Shown here: positions 10,564-20,643 of the stretch, piece after piece
Numbering within the stretch: the stretch's first letter is position 1
How the letters are laid out: every line of letters starts with the position of its first letter
IMG/VR virus record: IMGVR_UViG_3300014205_000008
Location: 32,959 to 96,958 of that record
DNA from: a virus
Taxonomy: Duplodnaviria; Caudoviricetes
DNA length: 64,000 bases
Reading direction: 5' to 3' (one strand)
Position numbers and translations under genes: made by a program
Notes under the pieces: generated by a model
Database searches by the model: none
What the model was told of the DNA's origin: nothing
Seen by the model: only the letters and a program-made list of their open reading frames with translations

Positions 10564-11319
10564 CTAAAACTTTTTAACTGTTGGGACACCTAATGATTCA
10601 AACCCATAATCATGAGCGTTTGAATCTGTCCTTATTTTAACTATTTGATTCTTCAGCGCTTCTGCTTCGTCATAATTAGGAGTAACAATCTTTGTAAAAG
10701 CACTATTAACATAGAATAACCAATTCTGTTCTGATTCATCTTTAATAGTTTTTGAGATAATACCTCTACGATAAAGTTTACTATCTATCTTATAAACTAT
10801 ATAAGACTCTACTGCAATCATATATCTATCTACATCAGGAATTAATAAACATCCATTACTATCTAAAGGATAATAAGAATAAGCAATATCTATAGCCCCT
10901 TCTTTTACATTTAAAAAAAGATATCCATTCTTAATTTGATATGAAAACATTCTTGCTGGTTTTTCTCCCATTAATAAATTATCTTCTCTTATTACAGGAT
11001 CATCAAATTCTGTTTCGTTATTTATAGATTGATCATATAAAGACATTAAGTAAGAATCTGTTGCTTCAATTAACGTATGTCTTGATAGATGATCTCGTAC
11101 AGCAATAATTTCTCTAAGATTAGTTGGAAGTTCTGCTCTATAATTTACTACACCAACAGTTGTTATAGTTTGCGTATAGACTAAAGGAGCGCCAATTAAT
11201 TCCATTGCTCTTACAGCCCACTCAGTAATATCTTCTTTGTTAATTTCATTATAATAATCAGTATCTCTAAGGATATTTTCTATTACAGTTGAAATTGATT
11301 TATATTTTCCGTTAAACAT
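10564..11319 (-). CDS. Tail ring / tubular protein
   Basis: VVNYRAELP...YQIKNGYLFLN..EG...D.NG.LLIPD pattern; adjacent to muzzle. Confidence 0.65.
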   Translation of the reverse strand: MFNGKYKSISTVIENILRDTDYYNEINKEDITEWAVRAMELIGAPLVYTQTITTVGVVNYRAELPTNLREIIAVRDHLSRHTLIEATDSYLMSLYDQSINNETEFDDPVIREDNLLMGEKPARMFSYQIKNGYLFLNVKEGAIDIAYSYYPLDSNGCLLIPDVDRYMIAVESYIVYKIDSKLYRRGIISKTIKDESEQNWLFYVNSAFTKIVTPNYDEAEALKNQIVKIRTDSNAHDYGFESLGVPTVKKF

Positions 11320-11333
11320 AGTATATATATTTT

Positions 11334-11855
11334 TTATTCAAAAAAATCAACCTTTAAGGTTTCGTCTTTTATAACTGAAGCAAGCCAACGCTTATTAGTT
11401 CTTGATGGTATAAATTTATATGCCTCCTTATTTCTTAGTTTACCATTAGTTTTATCCCAATAAAACCTATATAAGTAACCATCAGAATGTTCATTTAGAT
11501 GTAGGACGAGCTTTTTTTCTTCCTTTGCAGCTGGATTTCGCTCCCATAAGTCTTTTGTTTTTTTATAATCTATTAATAATTTCTTTTTAATAATATTATT
11601 ATTCTCGTCATACTGAATACCAGAATACTTATACTTTTTGATTCTTAAAGTACCTAATGTGTAAGGCATCTTAAAAGCAAAGTTTTTATATAAGATAAGC
11701 TTTATAAGTTCTCTATTAAACTTTTTAATGATCTTATTAAATTTAATCTTTTTAATATCTAAATTAAACTGAGAGTTTTCTTTATAGAAATTATATAAAT
11801 CGTTTTGAGTATAATCTGTTTTAACCTTTCCTTTTCCTCGCTGTAAATTACTCAT
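11334..11855 (-). CDS. HU/IHF-like DNA-binding protein (crAss-like)
   Basis: FKMPYTLGTLRIKK...IDYKKTKDLW...YRFYW...YKFIPSRTNKR; likely start MSNLQRG at 11855. Confidence 0.65.
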   Translation of the reverse strand: MSNLQRGKGKVKTDYTQNDLYNFYKENSQFNLDIKKIKFNKIIKKFNRELIKLILYKNFAFKMPYTLGTLRIKKYKYSGIQYDENNNIIKKKLLIDYKKTKDLWERNPAAKEEKKLVLHLNEHSDGYLYRFYWDKTNGKLRNKEAYKFIPSRTNKRWLASVIKDETLKVDFFE

Positions 11856-12543
11856 TCGTTGCGTTATTTGTTTTATCTTCTGGAGCATTAATTTTATTAG
11901 CTGCAGTTTTCCAAACATAATCTTGAATATAAGGCCATAACTTACCCATTGCTAATTCTGAAGTATCATCATCGAATTCAGACACGTCTCTTGGATCATC
12001 AAAGATTGCTTCTATTATAACAGAAGCAATTGTTCTTGTTGGGGTTACTACTTTCCCCACTACATATAAGTATTGGTTCTTTATAAAAGAAACTAATTGG
12101 GTAGAATTGAATCTACCAGAACCACTATATAAACCTCTATCTTTGCTTGTAAACAATATAGATGGTTTAATTGTATATAAGTCAGGATATGTAATCGAAA
12201 CATTTGTAACAGCTAATCTCCGTCCCATTGTCATTATCCTGGGTACAGTAGTTGTAGATTTCCACGATTCTCTATTCTCATAACAAATACTTCCTGATGT
12301 AATAAGAGTTTCTCTTGTTAATGCAAAAGTTTGTGTTTGAGTAAATATATCCCATCCGCCATCATAACCAGATGAAGAACCATAATCAGCAGAACCTCCT
12401 CTACTTATTAAGTTAGCAATAGATAGTTTTCTTTGTTCTATAATTAATTCTTTAATTAGCCTAATATCTATCTCAAAGTCATCTCCAAGATTCTTTTGCA
12501 ACAACTCAAGTATTTCGTATGCATAAGAGTTTAATGTTCTCAT
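11848..12543 (-). CDS. Tail ring / structural protein
   Basis: EAIFDDPRDV...PEDKTNNA C-terminus typical of crAss-like ring proteins. Confidence 0.6.
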   Translation of the reverse strand: MRTLNSYAYEILELLQKNLGDDFEIDIRLIKELIIEQRKLSIANLISRGGSADYGSSSGYDGGWDIFTQTQTFALTRETLITSGSICYENRESWKSTTTVPRIMTMGRRLAVTNVSITYPDLYTIKPSILFTSKDRGLYSGSGRFNSTQLVSFIKNQYLYVVGKVVTPTRTIASVIIEAIFDDPRDVSEFDDDTSELAMGKLWPYIQDYVWKTAANKINAPEDKTNNATNE

Positions 12544-12554
12544 ATATTATTTGT

Positions 12555-13154
12555 TTAAAATATTTTTATCATCACCCCAACCTTAATCTCTTTCTGAACG
12601 AGGTCGTAGGAAGCGATATAAGCGTGTTTCTTTTTATTTATGAACATTCCTGCCACTTCTGCACCAAAAGAGCTTAGAGAGCCTCCTACGGCTCCTCCTG
12701 CATAAAATTCATTCTTGGGTACATATGCTTCTTTAATTCCTTTAGTTATTCGGATATAAGTAGGATAGAATTTCTTCTCAACATTTCTATTTTTAATTCT
12801 ATTCTTTTGAATAGTATCAGAGATTCTTACAAACCCATTGGTATCATTTAGAATTGTATCAATAGAAATTACATAAGCAAAGTAATCTACATACATATCA
12901 AGAATTGCTTGAGTATCTACAGCGATATCTTTCCATTTTATTATTGAATCTGTTTTATAAACTACATTTACTTTAGGGACATAAACAGAATCAGTATAAT
13001 GAATAGTATCATGTATCCATGCGGTATCTATCTTAATTGTATTATCTACAGGAGGACATGGTTTCTTACACGTATCCATAAAGAAAATTACAATTATAGC
13101 TACTCCAAAAAGAAGTTGCCATATATATTTTGATATAAAAGTCCAAATTGTCAT
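12555..13154 (-). CDS. Membrane-anchored protein with DT-rich repeats (possible spanin-like)
   Basis: N-terminal TM helix, DTI/DSI repeats, C-terminal beta strands; in lysis region. Confidence 0.4.
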   Translation of the reverse strand: MTIWTFISKYIWQLLFGVAIIVIFFMDTCKKPCPPVDNTIKIDTAWIHDTIHYTDSVYVPKVNVVYKTDSIIKWKDIAVDTQAILDMYVDYFAYVISIDTILNDTNGFVRISDTIQKNRIKNRNVEKKFYPTYIRITKGIKEAYVPKNEFYAGGAVGGSLSSFGAEVAGMFINKKKHAYIASYDLVQKEIKVGVMIKIF

Positions 13155-13822
13155 ATCTTGTTATATATATTAATTATTATTATAGAAATGATTATCATTG
13201 CTATACCAAACCATTGCGCTATTTTCCTTTTACGATTACTAAATATTCTGGGTTTCCAAAATTGAATCTTAGCAATATAAAATAGAGACATACCTTTTTT
13301 AAATCTTATCCAAGGTAAATATATAGCGACCTCGCTCTTTGTAATAGCATCTAAGTGATCATCATCCTTTAAACCTGCAGTCACACCTTTCTGAAAATAA
13401 TATGAAGCAGATAAGATTATACCTATCATAAAAGATAAAGCTAATCCTACTTGTATTGCAATCTCCCGTATATTAGTTGTATAATTTGCAATACGTTCTG
13501 ATGCAAATATAAACAATGAAGACGATAAACCTATTGCTCTCCACGTATCTGTTTCTAAAAAATGTATATTTTTGATGTATTTTTCAAGATACGGAGGTAA
13601 TGGGTTATCATTCTTATGATAGAAAGATCCATTCTCCATTCCACTAAGTATAATTAAATATGATAACATTACTGCAAACATAAATGAATATAAAGAATAT
13701 TCAAATTGTTTGCCAGAAATTTCTATATTTAGTTCTTGAAGGATTAAGTATCCTGCAAATATAATAAGTAATGCAGCAAACACAATTATACCTTTAGACC
13801 AAATTAGTTTTAACGTTTTCAT
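13151..13822 (-). CDS. Multi-pass membrane protein
   Basis: About five hydrophobic segments; overlaps the endolysin stop (translational coupling). Confidence 0.55.
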   Translation of the reverse strand: MKTLKLIWSKGIIVFAALLIIFAGYLILQELNIEISGKQFEYSLYSFMFAVMLSYLIILSGMENGSFYHKNDNPLPPYLEKYIKNIHFLETDTWRAIGLSSSLFIFASERIANYTTNIREIAIQVGLALSFMIGIILSASYYFQKGVTAGLKDDDHLDAITKSEVAIYLPWIRFKKGMSLFYIAKIQFWKPRIFSNRKRKIAQWFGIAMIIISIIIINIYNKI

Positions 13823-14205
13823 ATATTCATTTCAAAATGAGGAGCGTCATAGAAGTTAGTAAAGTTTCCGCCCCAACGATTATGAGAATCTAAAGACTCC
13901 CAATATTTAGCTAATTCATTAATTAAAGTATGTTTGTAAACTAATTTTCCATTAATAAAGAAATTAAAATCTACAGCTAATCTTTTTAAATGATTACTGT
14001 TCATCGTTTTAGTGCGCTTAACACCACTAACAAGTTCTAATTCTCCGTCTTCAGGTCTTAACGTCTTGCCATAAAAATAAAGTTCTTGCTGATCTTCGGT
14101 TCTATATGCTTCTCCAAAAGTAAGTCCTATTCCAAGTTCAGTTGCTTTAGATATTAATTTAGCAACATTCTTTGTAAAAACTTGTTGATATGTATTTAGT
14201 CCCAT
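13819..14205 (-). CDS. Endolysin, peptidase M15 family (L-Ala-D-Glu peptidase-like)
   Basis: EAYRT..QQ..Y, SNH..RLAVD, RWGGNF...DAPHFE zinc-binding motifs. Confidence 0.9.
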   Translation of the reverse strand: MGLNTYQQVFTKNVAKLISKATELGIGLTFGEAYRTEDQQELYFYGKTLRPEDGELELVSGVKRTKTMNSNHLKRLAVDFNFFINGKLVYKHTLINELAKYWESLDSHNRWGGNFTNFYDAPHFEMNI

Positions 14206-14206
14206 A

Positions 14207-14476
14207 TTAATTTATTAAAGTTGTTTCATCAATCTCAACATTGTCATCATTATCATGGTGATCTCGTTTAGGTTGTTTCCAAATGCCTACAACACTATCA
14301 AGACCAAGTAAAGCAGCTCCAATAGCATATTGAGCTACAATTATAGTTTCGTTTAAATTATATGAAGCAAGACCATCAAATGTTGATTGTATCATTGTAT
14401 ATACTATAATAGCAGCTCCAAAGACTCTTTTAGAACTCCAGTCCCCTCTGGCGTCTTGAAATAAACTATTTTTCAT
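14207..14476 (-). CDS. Putative holin
   Basis: WSSKRVFG, two TM helices, charged tail; directly upstream of endolysin. Confidence 0.55.
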   Translation of the reverse strand: MKNSLFQDARGDWSSKRVFGAAIIVYTMIQSTFDGLASYNLNETIIVAQYAIGAALLGLDSVVGIWKQPKRDHHDNDDNVEIDETTLIN

Positions 14477-15236
14477 ATTGACATACAATTAATTGCTTAA
14501 TTTTAAACTCACTATTTTTTCCTGTTATCATATCAACTGTTACTCCTCCAGCTATTGCTGTATTAATAACAAGATGCATAGGAATTTGAGGAATATCTTT
14601 TGTTACTTTATAAATTGGATAATCATCGAATAACCAAGTAAGACTTTTTTCATTCCACTCAATTCCATATCTATGATATTCTTTAGATAGATCATGTCTG
14701 CTTTTGATTCTTCTACCAAGTTGATAATGATCATTTCCACTAGTTCCCCAATGATGAGTTGTAGATATGTGTTTAGTTTCTTTTGTATAATTTGTATTAT
14801 ACATAGCCTCAAAGATATCTATCTCTGGAGGCCACGTTCCATACATCCACCAAGCAGCCCAAAACATTCCTTCGTTTTCAGGAAGCTTGCATACAAGATC
14901 AAATCTTCCATACTGTTGAGTAAACTTACCTTTTGTACTAAGCCTCCCACTTTTAAAATTAAATTCTTTCTGTGTCTTTTTATCTATATTAACTCTAGTA
15001 AAAAGAGAAATACCTTCTTCAGTTTGTTGAATACAATCAAGTTTAGGAATTACATTTGTCATAGGTTCGTTTACATCTGAAAACCATTTATTAAAAGTAG
15101 AGAATAAATTACCAGCAAAATTATAATCAATAACCTTAACCATTCCATTAGGAACTTTAAAATCTTTTAATGTATTTTTAGGTAAAAAATAGAATCTAAT
15201 TTTATACCATAAATTAATTAGTTTAATTGTCATCAT
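14466..15236 (-). CDS. Glycoside hydrolase family 16
   Basis: SGRLSTKGKF..QYGRF, FWAAWWM...WPPEIDIFE catalytic ExDxxE, YHRYGIEW, PMHLVIN. Confidence 0.9.
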   Translation of the reverse strand: MMTIKLINLWYKIRFYFLPKNTLKDFKVPNGMVKVIDYNFAGNLFSTFNKWFSDVNEPMTNVIPKLDCIQQTEEGISLFTRVNIDKKTQKEFNFKSGRLSTKGKFTQQYGRFDLVCKLPENEGMFWAAWWMYGTWPPEIDIFEAMYNTNYTKETKHISTTHHWGTSGNDHYQLGRRIKSRHDLSKEYHRYGIEWNEKSLTWLFDDYPIYKVTKDIPQIPMHLVINTAIAGGVTVDMITGKNSEFKIKQLIVCQYEK

Positions 15237-15609
15237 GTGTTAGTATTAAATCTTTACCTATTTCTCTTGATATAATTTTAATATTATAATCATATATCTT
15301 TAAATGAGTTTTCCATGTATCATTAAATGTTGTAATAGGGGTGTATGACTCAAATTTTATTTCAGTCTTATTGTCATATTGTATTCTGGCTACTCTTTCA
15401 TCTTCAATTGAGGTAGTGTTTTTAGATATTGCATTATCTCTATTTGCATTAGCCACATCATTACCAAATAATGTTGTCACAAAAGCTAAGGCAATTATAC
15501 CAATAATTTTCATAACATACGGCATAATACTTTCTTTTGACTTAGCACTTAAAGATTGAGCTACCGTTTCTTTTATTGTTTTTATTAATTCTTCTTCAAA
15601 TTCGGTCAT
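15223..15609 (-). CDS. Single-TM hypothetical protein
   Basis: 128 aa ORF with one hydrophobic helix. Confidence 0.55.
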   Translation of the reverse strand: MTEFEEELIKTIKETVAQSLSAKSKESIMPYVMKIIGIIALAFVTTLFGNDVANANRDNAISKNTTSIEDERVARIQYDNKTEIKFESYTPITTFNDTWKTHLKIYDYNIKIISREIGKDLILTHDDN

Positions 15610-15683
15610 AACAAAAAATATTATTTTTTATATATGACTACACTTAAATATAATTAAATAAATAAGTGTAGTCTAATTTTTGT

Positions 15684-16145
15684 TTATTTAATTACAAGTT
15701 CAAAACTTCTTAGTTCTTTAGGAGATAAATCAATAAGTATCTTTTCTCCATCTTTATCTGTTACATACAGTCCTTGAAATGCTTCTATACCTACTTTATA
15801 TAAATCAACCTCAACTTCTTCTTCAAGGATTAGTTTATATTTATCAAGCGTCTCTTTATTATCCTCATTATACTTAGTGAGAGCTTCTGTAAGAGTATCT
15901 TTATCTGCAAAGATATAAGTATTACCTTCAAGTATAAACTTACCCTTATCATCTTTAAGCGCTAATTCTTTAACTAGTTTATACTTACCTTCTGAATAAT
16001 CTTTAGTCATCTTAGTTAAATCATCAACTATGCTTTTAACAACGTCTAAGTTTAAATTGTTCATGTGAGAGAACATAATGTTACCTTTTACGTTTTCAAA
16101 GTTTTTAAGATTGTTGTGTAATTGTAATACTTCTTTTCTTTTCAT
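15684..16145 (-). CDS. Helical protein, paralog of 16957..17427 (possible fibre chaperone)
   Basis: Shared KE..L.N.L..F...GN..F, LDKYK.IL.EEV..DLYK, GLY..D..G. Confidence 0.55.
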   Translation of the reverse strand: MKRKEVLQLHNNLKNFENVKGNIMFSHMNNLNLDVVKSIVDDLTKMTKDYSEGKYKLVKELALKDDKGKFILEGNTYIFADKDTLTEALTKYNEDNKETLDKYKLILEEEVEVDLYKVGIEAFQGLYVTDKDGEKILIDLSPKELRSFELVIK

Positions 16146-16169
16146 TGTTATTTGTATTTATGTTTATAC

Positions 16170-16949
16170 TTATCTCATTATAATTTGTTTATGTTCTCCA
16201 ACAGGAATAATATATGGGTCTGCAATACTCCCTGCTGATTCAACATCATCTATATCAGTTAAAGTTATAGTAGTTACTCCACTAGGTAAAGCTACTTGTA
16301 TAACATCAGCATTCCTTGTTACAGTAGCCCCGTTGGTTGGGATGTAAGATGACCCTATACCAAGCTCAACCTGAACCATATTAACTACTCCAGTAACAGT
16401 ACATGTTAATGTAGTTGACGCACTTGTAAAAGTTAACTTATTATTTCGTGTAAAATCACTTGCTAATACTGTTCCTGTTGTGGCTCCTGTTAATGCGATG
16501 CTACCACTACCACCAAGAAAATAGATCGTGTATTGAGTAGCATTTACTACCGTCACATTCTGAGTAACACCAACCATTGAATTTAGGAATAGGTTTATTG
16601 TCTCTGCCTCTGTCAATAAAACAGGCACACCATCTGTGTAATCATACCTAGGTACATTAGCTAATACACTATTTATATATCCATCACTACCAACTTCAGT
16701 AGCCGTATCTAAGGCTCTAGTTACTGTAAAAGGTATAAGTGTACCATCTGGTTCCATACCATACATAGTATCAGCTTTCCTTGCAGCAGGATTAAATATT
16801 AATATTGCATCATCATATAAATCATTTCTCTTTAATTTATCTATATGGGGTGGTAAACAATTAGGTAGATATTCTCCACCATCTGCTAATACATTATATT
16901 GGAAAGCTGCTGCTTTTATTGAGCCAAATCCAGGACTTACGTTTGTCAT
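16170..16949 (-). CDS. Head-spike/fibre-domain structural protein
   Basis: FTVTRA..AT...DG.....ANVPRYDY...LLTEAETINL...QVELG..SSYIPTNGA.VTRNAD. Confidence 0.6.
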   Translation of the reverse strand: MTNVSPGFGSIKAAAFQYNVLADGGEYLPNCLPPHIDKLKRNDLYDDAILIFNPAARKADTMYGMEPDGTLIPFTVTRALDTATEVGSDGYINSVLANVPRYDYTDGVPVLLTEAETINLFLNSMVGVTQNVTVVNATQYTIYFLGGSGSIALTGATTGTVLASDFTRNNKLTFTSASTTLTCTVTGVVNMVQVELGIGSSYIPTNGATVTRNADVIQVALPSGVTTITLTDIDDVESAGSIADPYIIPVGEHKQIIMR

Positions 16950-16956
16950 ATCTTTA

Positions 16957-17427
16957 TTATTCCTCCTTAATTATTGCAGATAATCCTTCTAATTCAAATG
17001 CAGAGAATGAGAATGGATGATCTTTTCCTTCACCATCAACTGTATAAAGACCTTCAAGTGAACTTAGATCAATTTTATAAAGGTCTATTTTTACTTCTTC
17101 TTTAAGTATCTCTTTGTACTTGTCAAGAAATTCTTTTTGTTCTACCTCATACTGTTTCAAAGCTTCATTCAGCTTATCCATATCTGTAAACTGGTATCTG
17201 TTATTCTCAACAAGTGGAGCTTTTGTTTTCTCGTCAATTTTGTAGAAAGATTTAATAATCTTATCTCTACCTTCATTATACTCTTTAGTTACTCCTTCAA
17301 GGTCTTCAACTTCCCCTTTTAATAAACGAAGATTACGATTAACTCCATAAGGGAACTTAACATTTCCTCTTAAATGTTTAAAACTAGTTAACTGATTGTT
17401 CAACTCAACGATTTCTTTCTTTGTCAT
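16957..17427 (-). CDS. Helical protein, paralog of 15684..16145
   Basis: See paralog. Confidence 0.55.
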   Translation of the reverse strand: MTKKEIVELNNQLTSFKHLRGNVKFPYGVNRNLRLLKGEVEDLEGVTKEYNEGRDKIIKSFYKIDEKTKAPLVENNRYQFTDMDKLNEALKQYEVEQKEFLDKYKEILKEEVKIDLYKIDLSSLEGLYTVDGEGKDHPFSFSAFELEGLSAIIKEE

Positions 17428-17456
17428 TTTCTTACTTTTTTAATTAATATATTCTA

Positions 17457-20084
17457 TTATTCTAACTTATAAATTCTCCAATAGGTTTCATTATTATATG
17501 CTAAATATAGTTTATTAGCAAGTAGACTAATAGTACTTACTGCTGATTCAGAGGCACTAGAAAAAAGATAAGTACCTGAACCTTCTCCTTGTGATAGTGT
17601 ACAATTTGCGGTAGGAGCTATATAATATGTTCTACCATGTGAAGCAGCTACAGTTGGTAATGTTCCACCACCTGCTCCTAGTGTAGTCATAACATTAGCA
17701 CCAAAACTAGTAGCATTATTAAATCCTAATGAACCTACCAAGTCCAAGGTTGATACTGGAGAAGTTACATTAATTCCTAAATTTATAACTGTAGCTATAT
17801 CTCCTACTAATATAAGTGGGTATTTAATAATTTGACTAGGGGTAGCATCGCTTCCTATAGACTTGAATTTAAAACTACCATATACATTAGTATTATAAGT
17901 ATCTTCAGATTCAAACAATAGTGTTGCACTAAGTTCTCCATCGGCAGCAGTAAAATCCATACCACCATAATAAACAGTACTGTTGTCACCAAAGTAATAT
18001 CCACCACTGTTAGGAGCATAATATGAATTAGCCAATACTACACCATTTACGTCTAACGTAGTTAAATCCCATGTTAAATTAGTGCTACCTTCAATTCCAT
18101 CACCATTCCCTATTGCAACTTGATTGTCTACTATAGGAGTTCCTGAACTTGACCAGAGTAAATTTTTAGTAACTCCAATAGCTCTAATATACATACCTGT
18201 TCCGGTAGTCCATATATCTCCATCATTAGGAGAAGTTGGTGCTCCACCTTCCCTTAGATTAAATCCAGCACCTGCTGTTGTAGATGCTGCTGCTGTAATT
18301 AGACCAGTAGTAACGGTTAAACTTCCAACTAAAGAAAGTGTACCAGTAAATGTATCAGTAGTATTTAATAAGTAATTAGCTAAATCTCCAGACCAATTAT
18401 TTATCCAAGTAGTTCCTGTTGCTGTTGAACTTAGTATTTGACCTGATGTACCTATATCCCCACTTGTATCATAAAAGCCTCCTGTTAAATGAAAACCGTA
18501 ATAAGCATAAAATTCTCCACTTTTTAATACTTTTATAGCATCTAATAGTGTTGCTGGATTTGAACCTATACCTATCTCAAATATAGGATCGGTTGATACC
18601 CAAGACGTAGGGGTTCCTCCTCCAATATTATATCGTCCAATAGCTACTCCCAAATAAGAATCAACTACTGTTGTTCCTATTGCTACTGATAAGCCTGCAT
18701 TTGCTTCACCCGATGTCATTGCTACTGACGTAGCACCATTTGCTGTTGAATTAGAAAGGGCTGTAGCTTGCTCTGCACTAGCAACTGAATTATCACCAAA
18801 AGCTGAAGAGGAAGTCCCACTAGCTGTTGTAGAATTCCCTGTTGCAAGAGAATAGTTTCCTATATTAGCATCATCCCATTGAGTCCCATCTACTGAACCA
18901 GCCCTAAACGCATATTTAGATGGAATCCACATAAGTCTTATCCCTGCATCTGATGCTGGGGTCGTCCCAGCCCCTCCTATAAGCAGTAAAGTCCCATCCT
19001 TCAAAGTAAGTAATTCGCTTGTTCTTGTTAGGTTTGCATCGCTGGTTAACCCATCGCTTGTAGCGTTTCCGTATGCTACTTGTGTGGTGGGGATAGTTAC
19101 TAAACCTACTGCATCACTCCAATGGCGACCATCTAAGAGGTCTGCGTTTAGGTTGGTGTTAACAGTTGTTGACGTAACAGCAAATGGTGAGGTTCCTGTT
19201 GCAAGACTGGAAGTAAGTTGGCTACTATATGTTTTAGCTCCCGCAAATGTTTGAGTTCCTGTTGTGACTACTCCACCAAAAGATGCGGATGCTGGTTCTA
19301 AATTAAGTACCTGAGTAGACAAAGTCATACCATTAGCATTAGGAGTACTTCCTATTGCTGCTAGTGTTATTGGATTGTGACCTGCTGCTGTTATATCACT
19401 TGTAAAAGCAAACTGTTTCCTTTCTTCTCCAGTAGTTATTGTTCCGTACCAGGCATCAGTATCAAATTCTACTTTACCTGCAACTGGAACTGTTAGTAAA
19501 GGGCCTGATGTGAATCCTAAAGGAGATGTCCCTGCTGTGGCTGAACCTGCTGCTAAATGAAGTTTAGATGTTGGAGTAGTTAAGTCGATGCCGACGTTGC
19601 CATCAGCTAAAATTCTCATTCGCTCTGTAATTGTTGCTCCATTGTTTGTTGATAATGTTATATAACTGGTTTTACTTCCTCCATAACCTGCTTTAATAGG
19701 CAATTCACCATCTCCAAACAAGGAGTAACCGTTAGTTGCCGATAATAGGTAGCTCCCACTTATAAAATAACTAGTTGCTCTAACATCTCCCTTAACATCT
19801 AATTTATATCCTGGTGCCGTCGTCCCGATGCCGAAACTCTTATTAACGTCATTCCAAAACAACTCACTAGTCTCTGTATGCACCCACTTTGCGGCAGTTG
19901 AATCCCAGAAGGCTAGTTGACCTTGGGCTGTTCCTTTCTCTATCCTATCTAATGCTAGTTCATGATTTACTACACCATCTCCAATAAACAGTTCATGTGA
20001 ATCAGTAGTGAATGCAAATTCAGCAGGATTTAATGTTCCTATGTTTGCTAGAACACCTCTTTTTATTTGGATGGTATTTGCCAT
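17457..20084 (-). CDS. Tail fibre / receptor-binding protein
   Basis: MANTIQIKRG N-terminus; GIGT..P..KLDV repeats; YadA-head-like S.A.G repeats; NLNADLLDG. Confidence 0.75.
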   Translation of the reverse strand: MANTIQIKRGVLANIGTLNPAEFAFTTDSHELFIGDGVVNHELALDRIEKGTAQGQLAFWDSTAAKWVHTETSELFWNDVNKSFGIGTTAPGYKLDVKGDVRATSYFISGSYLLSATNGYSLFGDGELPIKAGYGGSKTSYITLSTNNGATITERMRILADGNVGIDLTTPTSKLHLAAGSATAGTSPLGFTSGPLLTVPVAGKVEFDTDAWYGTITTGEERKQFAFTSDITAAGHNPITLAAIGSTPNANGMTLSTQVLNLEPASASFGGVVTTGTQTFAGAKTYSSQLTSSLATGTSPFAVTSTTVNTNLNADLLDGRHWSDAVGLVTIPTTQVAYGNATSDGLTSDANLTRTSELLTLKDGTLLLIGGAGTTPASDAGIRLMWIPSKYAFRAGSVDGTQWDDANIGNYSLATGNSTTASGTSSSAFGDNSVASAEQATALSNSTANGATSVAMTSGEANAGLSVAIGTTVVDSYLGVAIGRYNIGGGTPTSWVSTDPIFEIGIGSNPATLLDAIKVLKSGEFYAYYGFHLTGGFYDTSGDIGTSGQILSSTATGTTWINNWSGDLANYLLNTTDTFTGTLSLVGSLTVTTGLITAAASTTAGAGFNLREGGAPTSPNDGDIWTTGTGMYIRAIGVTKNLLWSSSGTPIVDNQVAIGNGDGIEGSTNLTWDLTTLDVNGVVLANSYYAPNSGGYYFGDNSTVYYGGMDFTAADGELSATLLFESEDTYNTNVYGSFKFKSIGSDATPSQIIKYPLILVGDIATVINLGINVTSPVSTLDLVGSLGFNNATSFGANVMTTLGAGGGTLPTVAASHGRTYYIAPTANCTLSQGEGSGTYLFSSASESAVSTISLLANKLYLAYNNETYWRIYKLE

Positions 20085-20632
20085 TAATTCTTTTTCTTAA
20101 TAGTTCTCTTTGGTTTTGTTGATAATCTTTCTATCTCTTCTGATTTCTCTTGGAGTATAGCTTTCATATCTTTAACCTCTTTTTCTTTTACAACAAGTTC
20201 TTTCTTTAATATTGAACTCTGATTACTTTCTTCTGCTAACTTAGTTGTTACATAATTCAACTTTTCTGTTTTAGAAGATAAACTTCTCTCTAAATTTACT
20301 TTATCTTCTTTAAGTTTATTTAGTTCAAGAATACGTTCATCATTTAGTTTTCTTTCTTTAACCAACGTTTCGTCAAGTCTTCTATTGTTTTCTGCTAACA
20401 AAGCATTAGATTCTGCTACTTTTTTTTCTTTAGTAGCTAAGTTCTCTTGCATAGCTTTTGTACCAAGATAAGCTTCTTCAGCTACCTTAATCTTCTTTAT
20501 TAACAACATCTTTTCTTTATTGTAGTTAAGCTTCTCTACATTAAGCCTACCTATTTCCATAATAAGATCATCGACACCTAGTAGACTATCTCCTGTATTC
20601 TCTTTGATATTACTTACTTCTGCGTCTTGCAT
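20084..20632 (-). CDS. Coiled-coil protein
   Basis: Continuous heptad, K/E-rich. Confidence 0.6.
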   Translation of the reverse strand: MQDAEVSNIKENTGDSLLGVDDLIMEIGRLNVEKLNYNKEKMLLIKKIKVAEEAYLGTKAMQENLATKEKKVAESNALLAENNRRLDETLVKERKLNDERILELNKLKEDKVNLERSLSSKTEKLNYVTTKLAEESNQSSILKKELVVKEKEVKDMKAILQEKSEEIERLSTKPKRTIKKKN

Positions 20633-20643
20633 ATCTCTATATA

